DNA of 64,000 bases, from positions 320,001 to 384,000 of the forward strand of contig CAWJTV010000028.1 in the NCBI GenBank assembly GCA_963845755.1, read 5' to 3'. This stretch comes from an uncultured Planctomycetota bacterium (GTDB taxonomy: Bacteria; Planctomycetota; Planctomycetia; Isosphaerales; Isosphaeraceae). Every line of letters begins with the position of its first letter. Positions within the stretch are counted from its first letter, which is position 1. The notes below the pieces were generated by a model. That model saw only the letters and a program-made list of their open reading frames with translations. It was not told the origin of the DNA and made no database searches. The position numbers and the translations under genes are program-made. Positions 1 to 13,604 of this stretch are shown here, one piece after another.

Positions 1-656
1 GTCTCCCGCGTCTGGATGAGGTGATAGCGAAGGTCGGCCTCCTTCTGAAGCTGGAGGTTGTCCAACCTGACGAGCGGGCGACCGAGCAGGATCGTCAGCG
101 TCGAACCGACCGCGGCGTACAGCCCGGCGACCACCACCAACCACGGAGTAATGGACCAGAGGACGCCCAGGAATGCCAGTGACGTGACCAGCGCGTTGAG
201 CGACAGGAGGAAGAACGAGAGGGTCGTTTGGGCGTACGACTTGACGTCCTCGGTGATCCGCTCGTCGGGGTTGTCGACCTCGTCCCGGGCCTTGAGTCGG
301 TAGAACGCGTCATCGGACATGTAGCGGTCGATCAGTCGGCGCGTCATCCATCCGCGCCACAGGAGGCGGAGCCGCTCTTCGGAGAAGCGGTAGAACGCGG
401 ACATGACCGTCGATACGGCGAAGACGCCCGCATAGACGAAGCCATAGCGGAGGAACTGGTTCCACCGGCGATCGGAGATGGCCGTCATGAAGTCGCGGCC
501 AACGTAGCTGTTGACGACGTTCAGGCCGCTGAGCGACAGGAGCAAGGCCAGAAGGAGGGTAAACCAGCCGATGGCCGGCCGTCGGGCTTCAGATGAGACG
601 AAGAGCCGGAGGACATTCAGAAAACGTGTCCATGCCCGCGGTTGATGGTTGATCAT
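1..656 (-). CDS. ABC transporter permease/ATP-binding protein, YddA/ABC_membrane_2 (SbmA-BacA-like) family, N-terminal part (runs off the window)
   Basis: Not in the ORF track. Manual minus-strand translation from ATG 656 gives MINHQPRAW...LNVVNSYVGRDF...EVDNPDERITEDVKSY...LLGRPLVRLDNLQLQKEADLRY, with the DNPD(Q/E)RI and EADxRY family motifs and TM helices. Confidence 0.85.
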   Translation of the reverse strand, partial: MINHQPRAWTRFLNVLRLFVSSEARRPAIGWFTLLLALLLSLSGLNVVNSYVGRDFMTAISDRRWNQFLRYGFVYAGVFAVSTVMSAFYRFSEERLRLLWRGWMTRRLIDRYMSDDAFYRLKARDEVDNPDERITEDVKSYAQTTLSFFLLSLNALVTSLAFLGVLWSITPWLVVVAGLYAAVGSTLTILLGRPLVRLDNLQLQKEADLRYHLIQTRE

Positions 657-781
657 CGAGGCCACTCGTCTGTTGACGATGCAATGGGTTGGCCTCGATG
701 AACCGACCCCAGGCCGTTGCCTCGGCCTCGCCGGTCCCGATGTCACTCTCCCGGCGCGCGCCGGAGCCAGACCCCCCTCCT

Positions 782-2176
782 TTAATTCTTGCCGCTCGGC
801 CACGAGTTTTCCACGCCATCCGGTCGGCCTTCACCTTGCGATGAACGTTTCCCGCGCTCGGCGGCTCTCCGGGCTGCGGCTGGGGACGGCTTCCGCAACT
901 TCGGCGCGGCGGTGAGCGAGTGCAGGAAGGCGAGCAACTCCTGGCGGTCGCCGTCGTCGAGCTTCCCGTAGCGGGTCGCGATCGTGGCGGCCTCGCCGCC
1001 GTGGAGCCGGATGGCCTCGTCGAGCGTGCTCGCCCGGCCGTCGTGGAGATAAGGGGCCGAATTCGCGACGCCCCACAAGGGCGGCGTGCGCCATTCGGTC
1101 TTCGCCGCCGTTCCCGCCGACTGCGCGCTCGCCCTTGCCGAGGCGATGTCACCCGGGCTTTCGGTTGTGGTCGAACTGCCGTAGTAGGTGGCGGCATCGC
1201 CCAGAGATTGGCCCATGTCGTGGAGCAGCAGGTCGCTGTAGATTCCGTTCACTTCCCCCAAACGGGGTGTATGACACGTCGTGCATCCGATCGTCTCGAA
1301 CGCCGCATAACCCGACGGCTCGGAGATCTCGTACGGTGCGGTACGGAGCACAGGTGGGGACAGTGCACGCACATAGTGAATCAGTCGATCGCACTGTTCG
1401 GCATCCATGTCGAGTTTCGGCTCGGAGCGGCTGTCCGACTCGGCGGTCGTGATGGTCGCCTGGTGGTGGCCGGGAACTTCCAGACCCAGCTCGTTGGAGC
1501 ATGCGGCCAGAACGAAGTCCCGAAGGGTCTCCGTCTGACCCTTCCACCCGAACCGTCCGATCCGGCCGCTTGGCAGCCGGCTCACCCGGCCCTTGATCTC
1601 GGGGAATCGGCGGAACTTCCGCTCCCCGGCTTCGATCAGCACCCGATCGGGAATGGCGTCGATGAGCCCCGCGCCGAAGATCGCCGGCGTGTTCCTCTCC
1701 GACGTCTTCAGATCGAGAATCTCCCCGCGACGATCCACCTGCGAGTAGGACGCGACGTCGCGGAGCAACGCCTGGAATGTCCTGGACGTGGCATGCCGGT
1801 GGAGGACGATACTGGCACTTGTCCGGAATAACTCATGAAGGTCCCCCAGGTCGCCCTGGAACGTTTCACCACCCCGCTTCGCGTTGCCTGGGGTTGCGAC
1901 GGCGGTGACCATGCGGACGTTGAGATCGTTCCCGCCCGCGCCGCCCACGCCGCCGAGGTGATGGCATGCCACACACGACTGCTCGTTATAGAGCGGCCCG
2001 AGCCCGTCGCCACCGATCGGACTGGGCTCTCCGGGCGTCCAGGTTTTCATGAAGAGCTGGCGACCTTCGTAGAATTCCCGGGAGACCGTTGTCCTTGACT
2101 TCTGACTGCGGTCGCCGGCGACGGCCACCGAGCAGGCCACGACCAGGAGGCATCCAGCCCGGAGCCAGGTCTTCAT
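782..2176 (-). CDS. Di-haem oxidoreductase family protein (DHOR/DUF1111, putative peroxidase), secreted
   Basis: Signal peptide MKTWLRAGCLLVVACSVAVA; GDGLGPLYNEQSCVACHH and GCTTCHT CxxCH motifs; GRFGWKGQ, YSDLLLHDMG, EWRTPPLWG, YLHDGRA motifs. Confidence 0.9.
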   Translation of the reverse strand: MKTWLRAGCLLVVACSVAVAGDRSQKSRTTVSREFYEGRQLFMKTWTPGEPSPIGGDGLGPLYNEQSCVACHHLGGVGGAGGNDLNVRMVTAVATPGNAKRGGETFQGDLGDLHELFRTSASIVLHRHATSRTFQALLRDVASYSQVDRRGEILDLKTSERNTPAIFGAGLIDAIPDRVLIEAGERKFRRFPEIKGRVSRLPSGRIGRFGWKGQTETLRDFVLAACSNELGLEVPGHHQATITTAESDSRSEPKLDMDAEQCDRLIHYVRALSPPVLRTAPYEISEPSGYAAFETIGCTTCHTPRLGEVNGIYSDLLLHDMGQSLGDAATYYGSSTTTESPGDIASARASAQSAGTAAKTEWRTPPLWGVANSAPYLHDGRASTLDEAIRLHGGEAATIATRYGKLDDGDRQELLAFLHSLTAAPKLRKPSPAAARRAAERGKRSSQGEGRPDGVENSWPSGKN

Positions 2177-2635
2177 CCCGATTCTCGACGTCTCTTCCGA
2201 GGTTGTGCTGTGACACATTGTTGTCAATCTCCGACGAATGATAGGTGAGCAGGGTTCACGGATGACCTTTTTCCCTCGGTGCGCAGCGGGCCCGGACCCT
2301 CGGAGAAGGGCCGATGTTCGTAGTCGATAACCTGATGAACGGTCCGCCCGCGACCTCAGAAGGACCGATCAATCGGAATCTTCGCGGCGCGCGTAATCGT
2401 TCACCGGTCGATTGGCGAGGCCGAACCTGGACGAGACGGAGGGCGTCCCGACGCCTCGCGTTTCAGGAAAAGGGAGCTTTGAAGTGAGAGACGATCCGAT
2501 CGCCCGGATTATTCGCGACCCTGCTGCACGGCGCGCGAGGCGGCGTCCTCACCTCGTCCGGCCGCGGACCTGGTATCGAGGCTCGTCGACTCGCGTCTCC
2601 GCAAAGAGCTCGCCGGATCGTGGTGATGTCGGCCC

Positions 2636-3890
2636 TCAAGCCAGGTCCAGGTGCGGCGCCGGCGGCACGGCATGCTGGCCGGTGCTTGCAACGACTTCGG
2701 CGAGGAACGCGAGCAGCCGGTCTCGAAAGAGTGGCAGGGCGAACGCCTCGGCACGGCGGCGGCCCAGGAGGGGATCGTGGCGGCATCCGCGGGATTCCCA
2801 GGCGTCCAGGGTGTCGCGCAGGGCGTCCGAGGTGGGCTCGGCGTAGATCCCACCGACATCGGCGTCGACGGTTTCCGCCGCACCGCCGCGTCCCAGAGCG
2901 ATCACGGGGGCGCCGCAGGCCAGGGCCTCGATGGGGACGATCCCGAAGTCCTCCTCGCCGGGGAAGAGCAGGGCTCGGCAGCGTCGGTAATGATCTCGGA
3001 TCACGTCGTCGGGTTGCCAGCCCAGGAACCGAACGCTTGGCCCGGCCATTGCCTCCAGCCGTGCGCGCTCGGGGCCTTCGCCGATGACGGTCAGCCGACG
3101 CCCGGACTCGGAGCAGGCCACGACTGCCTGATCGATCCGCTTATAAGGCACTAATGCCGAGACGACGAGATAGGCTTCGTCGCGCGGCTGATCGCTCGGG
3201 TCGGGCGTGTAAAACGCGGCATCGACCGGCGGCTGGATCACCCGGCTGTCGCGGCGATAGCAGCGAGCGATCCGACCGCGGACGGTCTCCGAGATCGCCA
3301 CGAAATGCGATACCCGGCTCGATGTCGCCCGGTCCCAGCGCCGGAGACGAGAGAGCATCGTTCGGGCCAGGAGGCGCCTCACGGGCCGGTTCGACCAACC
3401 TTCCAGGTAGGTCTCCCGCGCTTGCCAGGCGTAGCGCATCGGCGTGAAACAATAGCAGACGTGGGGCACACCCGCGGGAGGAACCACGGCCTTGGCCACG
3501 CAATGGCTCAGGCTGATCACGAGGTTGACGTCCCGGGTCTGCCACGCCCGTCGCGGCCAAAGGCATGATCGGCAGCAGGTGGCGATAGTGCCGGAAAACG
3601 CCCGGGATCTTCTGGAGCGGCGACGTCCGGATCGACATCGACTCGATCGCCGCACTGAGCGAGCCTCGTCGATGGATCAGCGTGTACAGGGTGGCATCGG
3701 GGAAGGCCCGGCACAGGACCTCCAGGCACTTCTCGCCGCCGCGCATCCCCGTCAACCAGTCGTGTACCAGCGCGACCCGGAGCCCGGCCAGCGGGTGACT
3801 CGCCGCGCTCTCGATCCGCTCCAGGCTCGGCCTAGATCGGGTTCCTCGAGGGCGCGTAGCAGCCCCTCCATCGCGGTCGCTGGCATCCAT
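2636..3890 (-). CDS. Glycosyltransferase family 4 (GT-B), split by one frameshift near 3545
   Basis: N-part RVALVHDWLTGMRGGEKCLE (ORF 3141..4019). C-part ISLSHCVAK...CYCFTPMRYAW...EEDFGIVPIEALACGAPVIA (ORF 2636..3655). Confidence 0.9.
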
Positions 3891-4193
3891 GCCGGCCTCC
3901 CGAGTCAACGGGTCATCGCGTACAGGCGTCCTGGCCGGCTTTTCTGAGTAGTTGTTGCGCCCGGGCACGACTTGAGAATGTCTGATCCGGAAGGTACACC
4001 AGATTGCCCGATCGGACAAGACGGGCTGGGATTTCTTGCGAATAGAGCGAGGCTTACTGTCGTCTCAAGAGATACCTGGGATTGCATCCTGAGACTCACG
4101 CTTCCATTCCGAACCGATTCGGAGATACAATGCGGTAACGGAGCAGGATGCGCGATCGCACACATCGTGAGCAGTTTCCTGGAGGCCTCGATC

Positions 4194-5650
4194 ATGCGCC
4201 CTGAGATTCGGATACTCGCGCTGGGAGCGGCGGGCGGGCTGTTCCTGATACTCGTGTGCTCCGCGATGCCAGTCGGGCGAGTGGCGCGGGCCGCCGATGC
4301 GGGCGGGGCGCCTCAGGCGAAACTCGCCAAGGCGATCACACAGGGCCGCGAACTCTTCAATCGGGAGTGGACGCCCAACGATCGTCGGAGCCATGGGGGA
4401 GACGGGCTGGGACCTGTTTACAATGAGCGATCGTGCGTCGGGTGCCACCACCAAGGACCGTCGAAGGGCGGAGGTGGGTCGGCCGGCACGAACATCGAGA
4501 TCATCTCGGCCACACCCGCCGGCAGCAACAACAACTTCCAGTCCTCGCCCGGGTTCTATTACGCCTTCTCGTTCAACTACGGCCCCGACGGCTTCGAATA
4601 CCGCTTCGGGGACCCGGCGCAGCGCGGGGGCGGGCACCGGCTCGCCGACCCGCCGCTGTTAACGCCAACGCGGCTAACGTCGGCACCTTGGTGCGGATTC
4701 ATCCGGGCTTTCGCGATGCGCTCGGCGTGGTCCTGCATCGGTACGGTAACGATGCCGATTACCGTGTCTGGCGCGAGTGGGTGCTGGGCCAGCACGGCAC
4801 GATCGCCATGCGATCGTCGCAGCGGAATCCCACCCCGCTGTTCGGCGTCGGCCTGATCGACGCCATCCCGGACGCCGCCATCGAGGCGGCTGCGCGACGG
4901 AAACACCCCGGCTCGCCGCAGGTGAATGGACGGATCGGACGACTGGCTGACGGACGGATCGGACGGTTCGGCTGGAAGGCTCAGACGGCGACGTTGCGCG
5001 AATTCGTCCTCTCGGCCGCTGCGGTCGAAATGGGACTGGAGGTCCCCGGGCATGCGCAAGCCGGCGATCCGCGGATCCCACCGCTCAAGCCGCCGGGACT
5101 GGACCTCGACCGCGACGAGTGCGATGCCCTGACCGCGTTCGTGGGATCGCTACCGCCTCCGAAGGTCGAGCGTGCTGCCAATGCCCGGGAAACCAAAACG
5201 CTCAAAGCAGGCAAGATCCTGTTCAAATCGATCGGCTGCACGGATTGCCACGTCGAGAAACTCGGTGGTGTCGATGGGATTTACAGCGACCTGCTGCTTC
5301 ACGCCATGGCTCCCGAGATGGCCGATACGCCCTCCTACGCTGCGTTCCTCTCCGGAGCCGACGCGCCGGCCGCGAATGCCAACCCCAATCCGGCCGGCGC
5401 ACCATTGGCCCGACGTACCGGAGTGGTCACCGAAGAGGAATGGCGGACGCCGCCCCTGTGGGGCCTGCACGACTCGGCCCCGTATCTCCACGACGGCCGC
5501 GCCGGCACGGTGGACGAAGCCATCCGTCTGCACGGCGGCGAGGCGACCGCCTCCGCCCGACGCTATCGGCAATTGACCGCGCGCGACCAGGCGGAGCTCC
5601 AGGCGTTCTTGCTCTCGCTCGTCGCACCGGATGATCTTGGCCCCAAGTGA
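4194..5650 (+). CDS. Second DHOR-family di-haem cytochrome c protein, frameshift near 4630-4660
   Basis: GDGLGPVYNERSCVGCHH in ORF 3972..4856; GRFGWKAQ, GCTDCH, YSDLLLH, EWRTPPLWG, YLHDGRA in ORF 4433..5650; signal peptide after ATG 4194 with GGAGG upstream. Confidence 0.88.
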
Positions 5651-5662
5651 TCGAGTCGCCCC

Positions 5663-6721
5663 ATGCCTCTTCGGAAACCGCAAGTTCGAACGACGGCCGC
5701 GTTCATCCTGGCGATCGCCGTCGCGATCGCTGTGAGTCGATCGGCACTTGCACAGGATCGTCCCACTGCTCCCGAACCGCGGGTCGATAAGGCCAAGCGT
5801 CAGGATGCATCGCGAACCCGCGAAGTCCCCGCACCCGAGGTCGTCAACGCCGAAGTGCATCCGAAGCAGGCACCGGATCTTCGGGAAGGGCCGCCGTTCG
5901 TCACGTCCCGGGTGTGGGCCGTCGCGGATGGTCGGACGGGATCGGTCCTTTGGGGCCATCGCGACGCGGAGGCCGTGGACATCGCCAGTACGACCAAGAT
6001 CATGACCGCGCTGGTCGTCGTGCGGCTGATGGCGAACGACCCCGCCGTGCGAAACGAGGTCGTGACCTTCACGAAGCGGGCGGATCAGACCGAGGGCTCG
6101 ACGTCGGGCGTGCGCGAAGCGGAGCGATTACCGGTCCACGAGCTGTTCTATGGGATGATGTTGCCGTCGGGCAACGATGCGGCCGTGGCCTTTGCCGAAC
6201 ACTTCGGGGGCCGGCTGAAGCCGCCCGCCGATGCGCCCGATGAGGCCGATCCGCTACCTCGATTCATCGCCGAGATGAACCGTGTCGCCGTCGAGTTGGG
6301 ACTGCATGAGACGCATTTTGCCAATCCCAACGGTCTGCCCGCTCCCGGACACCGTTCCAGTGCGCGCGACCTGGCCAAGCTGTCGAGCCAGGCGCTGACG
6401 CAGCCGGCGTTCGCTGCGATCGTCTCGACCCGGAAGCACGGCTGTACGCTGGTCGACGCCGAGGGACGGCGCCGCAATGTCGCATGGACCAATACCAACC
6501 ACCTGCTCGACATCGAAGGCTACGACGGCGTCAAGACCGGCACGACCCGGGCGGCCGGGACCTGCCTGGTGGCCAGTGGCCGTCGCGGCAAGGATCACCT
6601 CATCGTCGTCGTGCTGGGCGGCTCGAGCTCGCCGGACAGCCGATATCCGGACGCCCGGAACCTGTTCCGCTGGGCCTGGCAGATGCGCGGAAACCGGGCA
6701 TCGGACCCGGCGGCTCAGTGA
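5663..6721 (+). CDS. D-alanyl-D-alanine carboxypeptidase (peptidase S11, low-molecular-weight PBP)
   Basis: SxxK (ASTTK), SxN (SGND) and KTG motifs; signal peptide. Confidence 0.9.
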   Translation: MPLRKPQVRTTAAFILAIAVAIAVSRSALAQDRPTAPEPRVDKAKRQDASRTREVPAPEVVNAEVHPKQAPDLREGPPFVTSRVWAVADGRTGSVLWGHRDAEAVDIASTTKIMTALVVVRLMANDPAVRNEVVTFTKRADQTEGSTSGVREAERLPVHELFYGMMLPSGNDAAVAFAEHFGGRLKPPADAPDEADPLPRFIAEMNRVAVELGLHETHFANPNGLPAPGHRSSARDLAKLSSQALTQPAFAAIVSTRKHGCTLVDAEGRRRNVAWTNTNHLLDIEGYDGVKTGTTRAAGTCLVASGRRGKDHLIVVVLGGSSSPDSRYPDARNLFRWAWQMRGNRASDPAAQ

Positions 6722-6781
6722 AGGTAATCAGCGTCCTTCTCCGCGGGATGCCTTTGGCACGTGCACGTCTTGCGGTTTCCG

Positions 6782-6877
6782 AATTCAAGATTCCGGATTC
6801 GAGATTCCAGATTCCGGATTCGAGAATAATATAGAGCTCATTCTGTTGTTTGAATCCTGAATCCCGGATTTTGAATC
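6782..6877. repeat. Inverted heptamer tandem-repeat array (GATTCNN)x6, AT-rich spacer, (NNGAATC)x4
   Basis: aattcaa gattccg gattcga gattcca gattccg gattcga ... ttgaatc ctgaatc ccggatt ttgaatc; lies between convergent genes. Confidence 0.9.
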
Positions 6878-6904
6878 CCTCTTGAGTGGCGCCGGACGGG
6901 CGCG

Positions 6905-9016
<2,112 letters not shown>

Positions 9017-9605
9017 GGTTGCGGATCTTTCCCGGATCGGATGAAACCGAGTCGAACGGATTACGGGTGAGCGTCTCGACTCGCCGGGCGGCAGCCGGCG
9101 CCGCTCCATGGACTGACGATTCTAGCAGATTGCATTCCGCCGGGTCAGGTGCGTCACAATCCCACCGGATTGAAAGCCACCGAAGATGTCATTGAGGGAT
9201 GGCTGGATGTGATCAGCGAACGGGCTTCGAGAGAGGTGAAAGGCGCAATCCCGTTGATATGGGATGATTCGAGAGGGGAAGAGGAAAATTGCCGTGGTGA
9301 TTGCCGACCAGCGGTTGGCGCCCCCGCATTCCGGTGTAATCGCTCAAACGATGTCCAGGCGCCCCAGGACGAGTGACTCGGCCCTAGTATTTGTGACCCT
9401 GTTCGGCCACCACGGCAGACCTCATTGTTCCAGGATGCATCCGATTGTCAAGGAAAATCCGAGAATTCTCGCGGATTTGTGGATTCGAGCAACGGCCCCA
9501 CCGATAAACCGCATTCTGGCTCATAAGCGGCTTCTCGACGGATAGCGGTAAGATTACTCAAATACTCAAGGAAAAAATAATCTGTAAGCAAGACAGCTGC
9601 AGACC

Positions 9606-12600
9606 TCATGAACCCGACAGTACTTCGGTACGGAGTGCTTCCTCTGCGACGCGTCGCATGGCTTTGAGGTCTAGCTTGCCGGTACCGAGCATCGGGATCA
9701 GGTTGACCTTGATGAACTGATCACGCCGGGGGATGAATAGGTTGGGGAGTCCCTGGTTGCTCAAACCCGCCAGGGCGCGTTGGAGCTGTTCGTCGTCGAG
9801 CGTGTGCAACACGGCCAGCTTTTCGCCCTTGCGTTCGTCGCCGACGGCCGTGACGGCGAAGACCTGCGTTTCGGCCCCGATGGCACGCTGGAGCGCCTCC
9901 TCGACCCGACCGTGGGGCACCATCTCGCCGCCGATCTTCGAGAAGCGCGAGAGCCGTCCGGAGATCTTCAAGAACCCGTCTTCGCCCAGGAAACCGAGGT
10001 CTCCCGTGATGTACCAACCCTCATGGAAGGCGGCCTCGGTGAGGTCGTCGTGGCCCAGGTAGCCACGCATGACATTCGGACCCTTGACCAGGACGAGTCC
10101 CTCAGCCTCGGCGCCGAGCGGCTCGTAGGTCTCGGTCTTGACGATTTTCACCGCGACGCCCGGCAGCGGCCGGCCGACGAACCCGCGGCGCGAGCCCGGC
10201 TGGAAGAAGCCCGTCTCGCGGTGGTCGAAGGTATTGACGGCCACCACGGGTGCGCACTCGGTCATGCCGTAGCCCTCCATCGGGCGGATTCCGAAGGCAT
10301 CCTCGAACGACAGCGCCAGGGACTCGGACAGTTTTTCGGCCCCGGCCAGGACCAGCCGGATCGAGCCGAATTGCGCGGCGGCACAGCGCCGGAGATAAAG
10401 CTGGAGGAATGTCGGCGTGGCCAGCATCACCGTGGCCGCATACGCGCTGGACCAACTCGCCGACCCGGTCGGCGTCCAGCGGGCTCGGATGGCAGATGCA
10501 GGCCATCCCTGAGTTGGCCGCGAACCAGAAGATGGTGTAGCCGAACGAATGGAAGTGGGGCAAGATTCCGAGCAACCGGTCGGAGGGCAGGACGCGGTAC
10601 GCCTCCCGGATGGCCTGGACGTTGGAATCGATATTGAAGTGGGAGAGGATCACGCCCTTCGGCTCGCCCGTGCTGCCGCTGCTGAAGATGATGGTCGCGA
10701 CGTCGTCAACGGTGGTCGGTCGGTCGGCCCCGGCCAGGCGTTCCAGCCATCGGATCGGAGCGACCAGCGCCATCGCGGCCGCGACAACGCGGCTCGAAGG
10801 TCGGATGCCGGCGTGCACGTCCTCCAGGAATAGCGGCTGCACTCCCGATGGGACCTCGACCTTCGCCTTCTCCAGGAAGGCCCGGCTGGTGACCACCGTG
10901 CGGAGGCCCGACTGGGCGGCCGCCGATTCCATGCCGGCTCGACCCGCGGTGAAGTTCAGGTTGACCGCAGTCTTGCCCGCCAGCGAGGCGGCCAGGTTCG
11001 CCAGGGCGCCGCCGACGCTCGACGGCAGGAGGATTCCGACAGCCGACTGATCCTTCCACTGCGGTCGCAGCGCCCGCGCGATGGCCACCGCGCCGGCAAG
11101 GGCCCGGAAATGCGAGACTCGCGGCGACTGGAAGTCGGCGAACGCCAGCCGCCACGGGTGGCGACGCACCCGGCGGACGAACTCGTGATGCAACGGGCGT
11201 CGATCCCGCTTGCGATGCGCCCAGGCCTCCTGGCCCAGCTCGCAGATCGCCTGGCGTAGATCAAACAGGGAGGACTCCGGCTGCATCGGCGCGCCGAACG
11301 AGACCGTCACGGGGTAGGGGAGTCGCTCCGGCCATCGCCGGTGGCTCGCCGGGCTGAAGACACTCCCCATCAGCCGGTCCAGGTGGACCGGGATGATCGG
11401 CGTGGTCCGACCTTTGACAATCCGCTGCAATCCGCGCCTGGAACGGCGCCATCATCCCGGTCCGCGTGAGCTGGCCTTCCGGGAACAGGCAGACGAGCTT
11501 CCCGTCGTCGAGCGCCTTGCCGGCCTCGCGGAAGGCGTGGAGGATCATCTTCGGACCGCCGCTGGAGGAGATCGGGATCGCCTTCATCGACCGCAGGAAC
11601 CAACCCAGGATCGGCCTCTCGAAATAGGCGGAATAGACCACGAACCGGATCGGTCGGTCCGTGCTCGCGAACAGGAAGAGCCCGTCGGCGAACGAGACAT
11701 GATTGGGGACCAGCAGGGCACCCCCCTCTCTCGGCACGTTCGATCGACCCAGGACCCGAACGCGATAGATCGTGTGCGCCAGGCCGATGAGCAGGAATCG
11801 GAAGAAGGCGTCGGGGACCAGGGTCAGGGCCCAAACGAAGCAACCCAACAGGACGATCGACACGCCGAGGAACGTACCCCGCGGCGAGACCCCGGCCTGC
11901 GCCAGCACGAATGCCAGGACCGATCCCATCAGCATCCCCGCATAAACCAGGACGTTCGCGAGGGCGATGATCGCGCCGCGACGGTCGGAGGGCGATCGCC
12001 ATTGCAGCAGCGCATTGAGCGGGACGAACAGGAACCCGCTGAAGATGCCCAGGAACGTCATGATGATCATGGTCCCGACGATTCCGGGGCCCAGGACGGC
12101 GAATCCCAGCGTGCCAGTGGTCAGTCCGAGCGCTCCCAGCGGAAGCAGCCCGTATTCCACCTTCGCTCCGGAAAGCTTGCCGGCCAGCACACACCCCACG
12201 CCGATGCCGATTCCGAGCGCGGCGAGCGGCAGGCCCGCTGTGGCCTCCGAGAGGTGCAAGACCTTCGAAGCATAGGGGAGGATCGGCGCGGGCACCAGGC
12301 TAGCGACCGCCCATACCAGGATCTGGCCGATGAGCGTGAGCTTCAGGATGCGATCGGCCCGGATCGATTCCCAGGCGATCTGGATCGTTCGGGCCAGTCC
12401 GCCCTCCGCCCGCGCGGCCGGAACTCGCGGGATCGTCAAGGCGGCCAGCAGACCGCCGACCGCGAACGCCGACAGGAGCACCCCCCCAAACCAGAGCGGC
12501 ACCTGCAACGTCTTGGCCGCAGTAATGATTGCACCGCCCGCAACGATCCCGCTGAGGATCGCCAGGTTCGAGCCCATCTCCAGAAGGCCGTTGCCGGCCG

Positions 12601-13051
12601 AGAGCCGTTCGTGGGGCAAGATCTCGGGCAGGATCCCGTACTTGGCCGGGCTGAAGAGTGCCAGTTGGACACCGAGCAGTGCCAGCACGCCCATGGCCAG
12701 CGGCCCGCCGGCCGGCTCGAGGAACAGGACGACGGTCCCCACCAGCATCAGCACCACCTCGTACACCTTCATACCCACGATGACTGACCGCTTGCTGACG
12801 CGGTCGGCCAGCAAGCCCGCCGGCAAAGAGATGACCATTAAGGGGATCATCAGGATGATCTGGGCGACGGCGGTGTGTTTCTGCCCTTCGACCTCGGTGA
12901 CAGCCGAGGCGATCGCCAGCAGGATGACCAGTTGTTTCCAGGCATTGTCATTGAATGTCCCGAGGAACTGCGCGAGGAATAGTCCGACCAACGGGTGCGC
13001 CCGGTCGCTTTTCATCGGGGTATCCTGCTCGAGATCGACGCCCTTGTCCAC
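9606..13051 (-). CDS. aas: Acyl-[ACP]--phospholipid O-acyltransferase / acyl-ACP synthetase fused to an MFS (LplT-like) domain; two frameshifts (about 11435 and 10440)
   Basis: MFS N-terminus (AQFLGTFNDNAWK, FSPAKYGILPE); PlsC motifs NHVSFAD and FPEG; AMP-binding IFSSGSTGEPKGV, EGYGMTE, WYITGD, GRLSRFSKIGGEMV, spread across three ORFs. Confidence 0.92.
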
Positions 13052-13604
13052 GTCACACGCTCCCTTCCCCGGGTCCGGTGCCGCCGCGAAGACTGCCAGG
13101 AAATACCGATCCCCATGCCCCTATCATGTCCGGATCGGCGCCATCTGAGCCAGCGGCAGAATGCCCCGGTGTCCGAACTGCTCGATCGCGTCGCGAGCCC
13201 GGTCCACCTCAGCATGTCCGACTCCGGCCCGACCGCACTGTCGGGACCCACAGGATGTGACTATACCGGAGCCGCGGTGCCACCAGAAGCGGGACGAGGC
13301 GCGCACGTTGCAGGCCAATGACGAAGTGCCCAACGCGGCAAAGGGAGTTTCGGAAGACCATCCGACTTACGATCGGCGGAAGTCATTTTGCCGATTCCCT
13401 TTCTGACCGAATTCGCGATGGTGTCGTCAGAGCAGAAACCAAGCAAGCAATTCGAGCGCCAGACGTTTTGGGTTGCGTACTTCCCCGACCCGATGCGAAG
13501 ACACCTCCTGGCGCTTTGTACGGGGCGCTTTGATCACCGGAGAGGACCTGGCGCGGGGATCGGACCTCACTGAGCACCCTTCGCGCTTTCGTGAGGTGAA
13601 GACC

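Noticed and set aside
6753..6773. TTGGCACG...TTGC as a sigma-54 promoter
   Set aside because: GG-to-GC spacing is wrong (not N10), and it points into a convergent 3' region.
6782..6877. Heptamer arrays as a mini-CRISPR
   Set aside because: Units are 7 nt and contiguous, with no 23-50-nt repeats or spacer series.
9606..13051. Programmed frameshifting in aas, pntB or pdxA
   Set aside because: No consistent slippery heptamers; indels occur throughout the window in genes not known to be recoded.
13060..13600. Possible riboswitch or ncRNA upstream of aas (partial inverted repeats around 13336-13402)
   Set aside because: No recognisable conserved riboswitch core; an Infernal/Rfam search would be needed.
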